Below the pieces are notes generated by a model that was given only the letters and a program-made list of their open reading frames with translations, had not been told where the DNA came from and searched no databases. This document shows positions 56,347 to 64,000 of a stretch of DNA of 64,000 nucleotides, piece after piece (the first letter of the stretch is position 1; the number at the start of each line of letters is the position of its first letter). Position numbers and translations under genes: made by a program. Location of the stretch: assembly GCA_044221725.1 (NCBI GenBank), contig JBGAON010000002.1:64001-128000 (forward strand), read 5' to 3'. This stretch comes from Elusimicrobiota bacterium (lineage in GTDB: Bacteria; Elusimicrobiota; Elusimicrobia; F11).

Positions 56347-56480
56347 AGTTGTTGGAAAGCGCCCTATCGCCCCTGCGTGTTTGTATGGGTGAGGGATGCA
56401 TTTGTTTCTCCGTTAGCGGAGGATCGAATGGATCCCTTGTAAGTGCGCTTTCCTTCCCGATAAGAAATAGGAGAAGGTAA

Positions 56481-58706
56481 ATGTTAAACGAAAATGTAAA
56501 GAAGCGAACCGTCATTACACTCGACGGTAAAGAAATTATTGTTGAAACCGGAGAAGTCGCGAAACAAGCGCGCGGCTCCGTGTTGGTCCGATGCGGAGAC
56601 ACGGTTGTGCTCGTTACCGCTTGCATCAGCCACGAACCCAAAGCCGGCGTGGATTTCCTGCCGCTCACCGTTGATTACAAAGAACGCACGTACGCCGCTG
56701 GAAAAATTCCCGGAGGCTTTTTCAAACGCGAAGCGCGGCCCCGCGAAAAAGAAATTTTGATTTCCCGCCTCATCGATCGTTCGATCCGTCCGCATTTCCC
56801 AGAAGGTTTGCACAACGATCTTGCGGTGCAGGTGATGTTGCTCTCAATCGATAAAGAAAATGATCCGGACATGCTCGGTATGATTGGCGCCAGCTGCGCT
56901 GTTGGACTCTCGGACATTCCATGGAACGGTCCGATCGCCGGTGTGCGCATTGGCCGCATCAACGATCAATTCGTTGTGAACCCGACCGTTGAAGAACAAG
57001 AAGTGTCGACGTTGAACTTGGTTGTCGCGGGCCGAAAAGGTTCGCCGGTCATGATTGAAGGCGGCGCGAAAGAAATTTCTGAAGAACAGCTCGTTCAGGC
57101 GCTCGATCTCGCGCAGAACCGGATCGATCAGCTCTGCGATTGGCAGGAACAATTCTTTAAACAGTACGGCCGCCCGAAATTCCATTTCGAAGCCGTGAAA
57201 CTCGACGACAATGTTCGCTCTCAGATGGAGGCGAAAGTTGGCGACAAGTTGAAAGCCGCGCTCCGTGTGCCGGAGAAATTGGAACGCGAAGACGCGATTG
57301 CAAATCTGAAATCCGAAGCGATCAAAGAACTCGCGGTGTCGCATCCTGATCATTTGCAGTTCGCGCCCGCGCTCATCGAAGACATTATTTACCGCGAAGT
57401 GCGTCGCATGATTCTCCAAGACAAAGTTCGTCCCGACGGCCGTCCGTACCACAAAGTTCGTCCGCTCGCGAGCGAAGTGGGAGTTCTTCCTCGTGCGCAC
57501 GGTTCCGCGCTCTTCACGCGCGGTCAAACGCAATCTCTTGCAACAACCACGCTCGGAACGCCGGCCGATATGCAAATCATCGACGACATTTTGGGTGAAT
57601 ACAAAGATCATTTCCTTTTGCACTACAACTTCCCCGGGTTCTCAACCGGCGAAGCGAAAGGCGACAAGTCCACCGGCCGCCGCGAAATTGGTCACGGTAA
57701 CCTCGCGCGCCGCGCGCTCGAGCCGCTTTTGCCGTCACCCGAAGAGTTTCCTTACACGGTCCGCGTGGTGTCTGACATCATGGAATCGAATGGATCCTCG
57801 TCGATGGCCTCGGTCTGCGGCGGAAGCTTGTCCTTGTTTGACGCGGGCGTGCCGATGAAATCGGCCTGCGCCGGAATCGCGATGGGTTTAATTAAAGAAG
57901 GCGACCAAGTGGCGGTGTTGACCGACATCATTGGTCTCGAAGACTTTATGGGCGACATGGACTTCAAAGTTGCCGGAACGCGCGAAGGCATCACGGCCGT
58001 TCAAATGGATATCAAAATCTCCGGTGTGAACATGCAGGTGATGAAGACGGCGCTCCAGCAAGCGAAGGAAGCACGCCTCCATATCTTGGAACACATGGAA
58101 GCGACACTGAAAACGAATCGCGAAGAACTTTCTGAGTTCGCCCCGCGTATGATCACCGTCGACATTCCTGTCGATAAGATTGGTGCTCTCATCGGTCCGG
58201 GCGGAAAAAATATCCGCGCTCTCCAAGAAGAAACCGGTGCGACAATTGAAGTGGACGACGATGGTCGCGTGTATATTTCCAGCACGAACGCGGATTCCGT
58301 TGAAGCCGCCAAAGGCATGGTTGAAGGGATGACCGCCGTTCCTGAAGTGGGAAAGACGTATCACGCGCGCGTGGTAAAAATTATGCCCGGTTTGGGTTGC
58401 TTCGTGCAGTTCATGCCTGGCAAAGATGGACTTGTTCATATCTCGCAGCTGGATCACAAACGTGTTGAAAAAGTGGAAGACGTTGTGAAAGAAGGCGACG
58501 AATTCGATGTGAAAGTGACGGGCATCGACAGCCAGGGTCGCGTGAATCTTTCACGCAAGGCGCTCTTGCCGCTCCCAGAAGGAATGACCGAATCATTTAA
58601 TGATTACGCGCGCCCCGGTGGAGACCGCGGCGGACGCGGAGGACGTGACTCTCGCGGGGGCGGGCATCGCGGTGGTGGACGTGGTGACTTCCGGCGACGT
58701 GACTAA
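56481..58706 (+). CDS. pnp: Polyribonucleotide nucleotidyltransferase (PNPase)
   Basis: 'DFLPLTVDY.E', 'RLIDRSIRP', 'HGSALFTRGQTQ', 'ESNGSSSMAS', 'GDMDFKVAGT', KH and S1 domains, RGG tail. Confidence 0.98.
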   Translation: MLNENVKKRTVITLDGKEIIVETGEVAKQARGSVLVRCGDTVVLVTACISHEPKAGVDFLPLTVDYKERTYAAGKIPGGFFKREARPREKEILISRLIDRSIRPHFPEGLHNDLAVQVMLLSIDKENDPDMLGMIGASCAVGLSDIPWNGPIAGVRIGRINDQFVVNPTVEEQEVSTLNLVVAGRKGSPVMIEGGAKEISEEQLVQALDLAQNRIDQLCDWQEQFFKQYGRPKFHFEAVKLDDNVRSQMEAKVGDKLKAALRVPEKLEREDAIANLKSEAIKELAVSHPDHLQFAPALIEDIIYREVRRMILQDKVRPDGRPYHKVRPLASEVGVLPRAHGSALFTRGQTQSLATTTLGTPADMQIIDDILGEYKDHFLLHYNFPGFSTGEAKGDKSTGRREIGHGNLARRALEPLLPSPEEFPYTVRVVSDIMESNGSSSMASVCGGSLSLFDAGVPMKSACAGIAMGLIKEGDQVAVLTDIIGLEDFMGDMDFKVAGTREGITAVQMDIKISGVNMQVMKTALQQAKEARLHILEHMEATLKTNREELSEFAPRMITVDIPVDKIGALIGPGGKNIRALQEETGATIEVDDDGRVYISSTNADSVEAAKGMVEGMTAVPEVGKTYHARVVKIMPGLGCFVQFMPGKDGLVHISQLDHKRVEKVEDVVKEGDEFDVKVTGIDSQGRVNLSRKALLPLPEGMTESFNDYARPGGDRGGRGGRDSRGGGHRGGGRGDFRRRD

Positions 58707-59163
58707 TAAGAAAGGTCCGCTTAAAGCGTCCGACCGGCTTGAAGAATTCCTCAAGCTCATGGACGAAGAAAACCTTCAAGAGTTGGAGGTTTCCGATGGT
58801 CCGTTCTCGGTAAAGCTCGTTCGCGAATCGGCGCAGCCGGTTGTTGTTTCGCGCGCTTCGCACGCGCCGCAGTCGGCGTCAAAGCTCAAAGCCGCCGCAA
58901 AACAGGAAGCAACCAGTGAAGTTGGTCAGCCAATTAAATCACCATTGGCCGGGGTGTTTTATCGATCGCCTTCGCCAAGCGCGCCTCCGTTCGTCAAGGA
59001 AGGAGATGTAGTAACATCCGACAAACCCCTTTGCATTATTGAGGCGATGAAAGTGCTGAATGAAATTAATGCTGGCGTCAGCGGAAAGATTCTGAAGATT
59101 GTCGTCGAAAACGGGAAACCCGTTCAAACGGGGCAAACCCTGTTTTTTGTGGAGCCGAGCTGA
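58699..59163 (+). CDS. accB: Acetyl-CoA carboxylase biotin carboxyl carrier protein
   Basis: 'IKSPLAGVFYRSPSP', biotinylation motif 'IIEAMKVLNEI'; probable GTG start overlapping the end of pnp. Confidence 0.92.
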   Translation: MTNKKGPLKASDRLEEFLKLMDEENLQELEVSDGPFSVKLVRESAQPVVVSRASHAPQSASKLKAAAKQEATSEVGQPIKSPLAGVFYRSPSPSAPPFVKEGDVVTSDKPLCIIEAMKVLNEINAGVSGKILKIVVENGKPVQTGQTLFFVEPS

Positions 59164-59173
59164 TTCGATCGTA

Positions 59174-61489
59174 ATGCGACCGATCTTCTCTTCACGTTTC
59201 TCCTACAAAGCTCGCCCAAAAGCAAAATCCAAATCATCCAATAAACATTTCGGCTGGTTCTCTTCGGGGCTTTTGTTCACGAGCACGCTGTCGTTTTACT
59301 GCGTGCTCTTCCCAGAGGCCGCTGGACAGTGGGGCCAAAAGATCGCTCAGTTTCTCGGTTGGATGGTGGGTTCCGGCCGTTATTTGTTGCCCGTCCTTGT
59401 GGGCGGCATTGCCGCTCTTCGAATTTTCAAACACGAAAAAAGTTGGAACACGCTTCAAATCATCCTTAGCTTCGGACTTTTCTGGTCCTTCCTAATTTTC
59501 TTGACGCTGATTGGCCAATCCGTGTGGCAGGAAAACTACGGTGGAATTCTCGGCTCCGTCGGACAAAGGCTTTTCGCGCGCCTGTTTGGCACGGTTGGCA
59601 GTTGGATTGTGGATGCGGGACTTATGGCGACGCTCGGTATATTGTTTGCCGGCGCCACGCCTGGCGAAGTTTTGCACGGTTTAGCGAACACGATTTCCGA
59701 AGATTGGAAAGATTGGAGAAAAGAAAAAACCGCAGCTCCGAAAATAAAATCCGCAAAGCCTCCGGTTGTTCCTTCTGTTCCCGCGCTCAGTCAGCCCATA
59801 AAGAAAGATTCGGCGCCGAAAATTATGGGACTTAAAGACGAAGCAGCGCTCGCAACGAGTGGAAAAGCGATTGCGTCCAATGGTGCTGCAGCCAAAGCGG
59901 CAGCGGTTGCACCGGCCGCTCCATCGGCCGAACCAAAGATTACGCGACGTGTTGAAAAAACAGCGGCCGCAGCGGCCGAAAAAAATGAGAAGCCCGAACA
60001 GGCTGCCGCTCCGGCGAACAAAATTCCTTATACATCTCCGTCTCTAGATATTTTTGAAGAAGCAAAACGGAATCAACCGGTCGCAAAAGAAGAGCTCACG
60101 GCGCGTGCGAAACTTCTCGAACAAACGCTCGCCAACTTTAATATCGCGGCTTCCGTTGTGGAAATTCATCCGGGTCCGGTCATTACTCGCTACGATCTCG
60201 AACCCGCGCCCGGCGTAAAAATTTCATCCATCTCCAGCCGCGCCGACGACCTCGCGCTGGCAATGAAAGCGATGGGTATTCGCGTGCTCGCACCCATCCC
60301 TGGGAAAGGAGCGGTGGGTATTGAACTGCCAAATTCTCATCCGGAAACGGTGGGTCTCAAAGAGATGTTGGCTCGGCCCGAATTTCAAAATCATCCGTCG
60401 CCATTGGCGTTCGTCCTCGGTAAAACAGTCTCCGGCGAGCCTTATATCGTCGATCTGGCGGCCATGCCGCACATGCTCGTTGCGGGAGCGACGGGTTCGG
60501 GAAAAAGCGTGGTTGTGCACGCGCTCATCAGTTCCATTCTCTATCGTATGCCGCCGGACCTTGTGAAATTCGTGATGATCGATCCGAAACGACTCGAACT
60601 TCCATCCTATTCGATGATTCCACATCTTTACGATCCGCGTGTGAGCCCGATACAAGCGGAAGTGATTACGAATTCGAAACAAGCGGCGAAAGCGCTCATG
60701 CGTCTTGTGAAAGTGATGGAATATCGTTACGACTTGTTCGCCAAGGCAAACGTGCGCAACATCGATTCGTACAACAAGAAACGCAAAGCGGCGGGACTGC
60801 CTCCCGAATATTTCTTGGTCGTGATTATTGATGAATTAGCGGATTTGATGTTGACGTCACCGAAAGAAGTGGAAGATTCGATTCAACGTCTTGCGCAAAT
60901 GGCGCGCGCCGTCGGTATTCACTTGGTGCTCGCCACGCAGCGCCCGTCGGTGGACGTGATCACCGGCGTCATCAAGGCGAATTTGCCGGCGCGTATTGCG
61001 CTGCGCGTGGCTTCGGTCATTGATTCGCGCGTTATTGTTGATTGCGCCGGCGCCGAAGTATTGCTTGGGAAAGGGGATATGCTCTTTTTGCCACCGGCGC
61101 AACCCGAACCGATTCGCGTGCAAGGCGCGTACGTATCAGAGAAAGATGTCGAGAATTTGATGGAGCACGTCAAACAGTTTGGTCTGCCCGATTACGCTGA
61201 TTTGTTTAGTTCAGGCAGTGCACTCGAATTTGCGGTGGAAGACAAAAAGGAAATGAAAGATTTGATCGAAGGGCTCAAACTCGTGCTCGAACGCCACCGC
61301 GTGTCACAGGATTTGTTGAAGGCGCATTTTGGAAGCTCGGCGCGCGCGACGAATTTGCTTTCGCTTATGGAAGTGAAAGAATTTATAAAGAAGCCGGAAG
61401 GATCAAACCGCTGGGAAATCAATTTCGACATGATTGAAGAGTTTCTTGCAAAGGTGAACATGGTTCCAGAAACGGAGATGTCCGAATGA
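59174..61489 (+). CDS. ftsK: DNA translocase FtsK/SpoIIIE
   Basis: 4-TM N-terminus; 'GPVITRY', 'PHMLVAGATGSGKSV', 'IIDELADLM', 'ATQRPSVDVITG', 'LLGKGDML'. Confidence 0.96.
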   Translation: MRPIFSSRFSYKARPKAKSKSSNKHFGWFSSGLLFTSTLSFYCVLFPEAAGQWGQKIAQFLGWMVGSGRYLLPVLVGGIAALRIFKHEKSWNTLQIILSFGLFWSFLIFLTLIGQSVWQENYGGILGSVGQRLFARLFGTVGSWIVDAGLMATLGILFAGATPGEVLHGLANTISEDWKDWRKEKTAAPKIKSAKPPVVPSVPALSQPIKKDSAPKIMGLKDEAALATSGKAIASNGAAAKAAAVAPAAPSAEPKITRRVEKTAAAAAEKNEKPEQAAAPANKIPYTSPSLDIFEEAKRNQPVAKEELTARAKLLEQTLANFNIAASVVEIHPGPVITRYDLEPAPGVKISSISSRADDLALAMKAMGIRVLAPIPGKGAVGIELPNSHPETVGLKEMLARPEFQNHPSPLAFVLGKTVSGEPYIVDLAAMPHMLVAGATGSGKSVVVHALISSILYRMPPDLVKFVMIDPKRLELPSYSMIPHLYDPRVSPIQAEVITNSKQAAKALMRLVKVMEYRYDLFAKANVRNIDSYNKKRKAAGLPPEYFLVVIIDELADLMLTSPKEVEDSIQRLAQMARAVGIHLVLATQRPSVDVITGVIKANLPARIALRVASVIDSRVIVDCAGAEVLLGKGDMLFLPPAQPEPIRVQGAYVSEKDVENLMEHVKQFGLPDYADLFSSGSALEFAVEDKKEMKDLIEGLKLVLERHRVSQDLLKAHFGSSARATNLLSLMEVKEFIKKPEGSNRWEINFDMIEEFLAKVNMVPETEMSE

Positions 61490-62142
61490 AGCGCGCGCTT
61501 TTAAGCCTGTTATTAATTTGTGCGCCGGCTGCTCTTCTTCCGGCGTCCTACGACTTGGATCGCATTCTGCTCGAGATGGAAAACCGCGAGAAAACGCTCG
61601 ACGCCATCCGGTTTGATTTTCAGCAGCAGATTCATTTCACGCAGCTCAACAACGATTCGCTGATCACCGGGGAGGCGCTGTTCGGGAAGCGCGGTCAGTT
61701 GCGGATCACGAAGTCCACGCCGGACAAACAAGTGACCGTTTCCGACGGAAAGAAGGTGTGGGTTTTTAATCCGCAAGCAAACCAGGTATGGCAAGGTTCT
61801 TCGAAGAAATGGCTGCAGTCTCCGGTTTTGCCAAAAGGCATGGTGCCGCTCAACAATTATGTCGACGACCTCAAAAGGAATTTTGATTTGCAACTGAAAG
61901 AGAGCTCGGTTGATTCATCGGACATTGTGACGATCAAAGCCGAACCGAGATCAAAAGCATTGGGGTACGAGATTGAACTTCGTATTGCCACAGCCACTTG
62001 GCTACCGGTTCAGACAATTTACCGGTCCGATTCGGCGAAGGTCGTGACCACGCTTTCCAAAACGCAGGTAAATCCGAATGTTCAGGAGTCTGATTTTCGT
62101 TTTAAAGTTCCGAAAGGAACCGATGTGATTCCATTTAATTAA
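61486..62142 (+). CDS. lolA: Outer-membrane lipoprotein carrier LolA-like protein
   Basis: Signal peptide, 'FQQ', 'VSDGKKVWVFNP..NQV', 'FRFKVPKGTDVI'; follows ftsK. Confidence 0.85.
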   Translation: MKRALLSLLLICAPAALLPASYDLDRILLEMENREKTLDAIRFDFQQQIHFTQLNNDSLITGEALFGKRGQLRITKSTPDKQVTVSDGKKVWVFNPQANQVWQGSSKKWLQSPVLPKGMVPLNNYVDDLKRNFDLQLKESSVDSSDIVTIKAEPRSKALGYEIELRIATATWLPVQTIYRSDSAKVVTTLSKTQVNPNVQESDFRFKVPKGTDVIPFN

Positions 62143-62154
62143 GGAAAATATTTC

Positions 62155-62913
62155 ATGTCCGAGACATCCACCACCGAGCCAACCGCTCCCACACCACCGG
62201 TTTCGAAATCCGACATCATGCACAGCGTTGGAAAAACATTGCTGGAACGGCGCACGGCGCGGTCGTTGTCGCTGGAGAAAGTGAGCCAGGTAATCAAGAT
62301 TCGATTACCGTATTTGCAGGCGATGGAACGGGGAGATTGGGACGCGTTGCCGGGCGAAGTTTACGTGCGAGGGTTTATCCGCCGATACGCGAACTATCTG
62401 GGAATTGATGGCGACAAGCTGATCGAGCCGTATTTAAAATTGTCAGAGCTTCCTCAGGAGAAAAAGGTGGATACCGCGATGGAGGCGGGAGGACCGGATT
62501 TTGGTCGAACGCAGATCATCTGGGGAATTATTGGTGTAGTGTTCATCATTGGCTTTCTAAAAGTTATCCGTCAGGAGAAAAACACGCCGATAAAATCGGC
62601 AGCCCCCGTCGCCGCAAAGTCGTCGGTTGATGCCGCACCGACTCCGTCGACGAGCACCAAGCCCGAAGAGGCGATGCCTGTGGTGGCGAAACACGTAATA
62701 ACGGTCTTCTGTCCAAATCCACTTTGGCTGCACGTTGCCGCCAGCGACAGAACGTTCGAAGGATATGTTCCGCAAAATTCTAGTTGGACCTGGAAAGGCG
62801 AAGGTGTTCTCACGATCCGCTTGGGGCACACGAAACAGGTCGTTCTGACCTACGACGGGAAACCTGTTCCTCTCGTGGATGATCAAAAGCGCGTGGTGTT
62901 GCCGTCCGAATGA
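62155..62913 (+). CDS. rodZ: RodZ-like HTH membrane protein
   Basis: HTH 'IKIRLPYLQAMERGDWDALPGEVYVRGFIRRYANYLG', one TM, periplasmic C-terminal domain. Confidence 0.85.
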   Translation: MSETSTTEPTAPTPPVSKSDIMHSVGKTLLERRTARSLSLEKVSQVIKIRLPYLQAMERGDWDALPGEVYVRGFIRRYANYLGIDGDKLIEPYLKLSELPQEKKVDTAMEAGGPDFGRTQIIWGIIGVVFIIGFLKVIRQEKNTPIKSAAPVAAKSSVDAAPTPSTSTKPEEAMPVVAKHVITVFCPNPLWLHVAASDRTFEGYVPQNSSWTWKGEGVLTIRLGHTKQVVLTYDGKPVPLVDDQKRVVLPSE

Positions 62914-63539
62914 AAATTAATGTGCCGACGCAGCTGACGCTTTTGCGTTTGTTGCTCGTTCCTTTCTTCCTTGTTTTCACGATCAACGATAATCTTTATA
63001 CGCGCATTGCGGCGTTGATCATTTTTATCGGCGCGAGTATCACCGATCTTTACGACGGAAAACTCGCGCGCGAACGCGGTGAGGTGACGACGCTTGGCAT
63101 TTTCTTGGATCCGTTGGCGGACAAATTTTTAATATCGTCCGCGTTTATCGCGTTCGTGCAAATCCCCGAAATTTATGTTCCCGCGTGGATGGTGATTCTC
63201 ATCATCGGCCGCGAATTTTTAATTACGGGACTTCGGACGCTGGCGGCATCGAAAGGCCGTATTCTCCCGGCGCAGCCCGCTGGCAAGTTCAAAACCACGT
63301 CACAGATCACAACGATTATCACGATACTCGTTATCCTCTGTGCCAATTCGCTGTTGGAGCGCTTTGGCGGATTGCCGGCGGAGATGTCGCAGTCGGACGC
63401 TTTTTGGGCGAGCGCTCTGGCGTTCGTGCGCGGTTTGCCCTATTGGATGACGTTCCTCACGGCGCTCTTCACGCTGGTCTCTGGTTATATATACATTCGC
63501 GGCAACATTGACTTGCTCCATGACAATGGAAAATCTTAG
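62910..63539 (+). CDS. pgsA: CDP-diacylglycerol--glycerol-3-phosphate 3-phosphatidyltransferase
   Basis: 'TDLYDGKLAR....VTTLGIFLDPLADK', 'REFLITGLR', 'GKFKTTSQ'. Confidence 0.95.
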   Translation: MKINVPTQLTLLRLLLVPFFLVFTINDNLYTRIAALIIFIGASITDLYDGKLARERGEVTTLGIFLDPLADKFLISSAFIAFVQIPEIYVPAWMVILIIGREFLITGLRTLAASKGRILPAQPAGKFKTTSQITTIITILVILCANSLLERFGGLPAEMSQSDAFWASALAFVRGLPYWMTFLTALFTLVSGYIYIRGNIDLLHDNGKS

Positions 63540-64000
63540 CGGCGACCAGCGCTCGATCGTTGATCGCGCGATTCTATTGCTCGCGACCGGTTTCGGGATC
63601 AGTCTTCTGCCCACCTATTTATTAAAGAAGTACGAATCTAAAATTAATGCACCGGTTCTGGCCGAGAAAAAGTGGACGGGTGCGGGTCTTTTCGGTTCAT
63701 TAGAAGGCGCGATTATTTATTTATTCCTGCCCTTTTCGGTCACGCGAGTTTTCCTGTTAGTGTTTTTGGCAATGATCTTCGTTTCGGTTTTCATCTCCGC
63801 TCGAGCAGAGAAAATTCTTAATTCTCACGATGATTCCCGTATTGTTATTGATGAATGGGCCGGTGTCTGGGTGGCGTTGTGGGGGGTTCTGCCGCGGTTC
63901 AGTCTATCGTTTGTGCTTGCCGTCGTTTTCTTTCGACTTTTCGATGTCTTCAAAGGCCCCATCGGCCGCCGCTGCCAAAACATGCCCGGTGGATGGGGAA
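63520..64000 (+). CDS. pgpA: Phosphatidylglycerophosphatase A (partial, runs off window)
   Basis: Not in the ORF track (no stop in window). Translation has 'LATGFG', 'HDDSRIVIDEWAG', 'FFRLFDVFKG', 'PGGWG'. Start ATG 63520 or 63526. Confidence 0.9.
   Translation, partial: MTMENLSGDQRSIVDRAILLLATGFGISLLPTYLLKKYESKINAPVLAEKKWTGAGLFGSLEGAIIYLFLPFSVTRVFLLVFLAMIFVSVFISARAEKILNSHDDSRIVIDEWAGVWVALWGVLPRFSLSFVLAVVFFRLFDVFKGPIGRRCQNMPGGWG

Overview
A densely packed bacterial chromosomal segment (diderm: TolC, a TonB-dependent receptor and LolA are present) with about 58 CDSs, one tRNA-Pro(TGG) and a cobalamin riboswitch. I see no CRISPR array, rRNA, transposase, integrase or phage genes. In order: a partial GH57/DUF3536 gene; a PAS-GGDEF-EAL gene; a tolC+RND pair with no adaptor gene; cpdA-acyP-yaeQ and a dienelactone hydrolase; heme genes (hemD-hemE fusion, hemN, VIT1, hemY); rmlBACD, a CoA-binding protein, a FIST protein and degP; ilvD; an epimerase, beta-CASP, carbamoyltransferase and SxtJ/SxtK-like operon; a 1421-aa orphan membrane protein; hemerythrin; tRNA-Pro; mscS; a GlgA-like/DUF4912 fusion plus GH57 branching enzyme; type III glnA; riboswitch-btuB-cobO; a GH161-like phosphorylase; a pilin; and rimP-nusA-infB-rbfA-nrnA-truB-ribF-rpsO-pnp-accB-ftsK-lolA-rodZ-pgsA-pgpA. 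The style of the pilin and the large protein suggests Elusimicrobiota (inference only). The best candidate for an undescribed system is the 1421-aa protein: an exported ChaN/EreA/TraB(TIKI)-like N-terminal domain, many TM helices, an embedded degenerate signal-peptidase-II-like domain, and a 22-bp dyad operator upstream. Next are the GlgA-like pseudo-enzyme/DUF4912 fusion, an ANTAR-type attenuator on glnA, a tRNA leader that can sequester the acceptor stem, and a divergent FtsK gamma domain. All family assignments are by-eye motif recognition; no searches were run.
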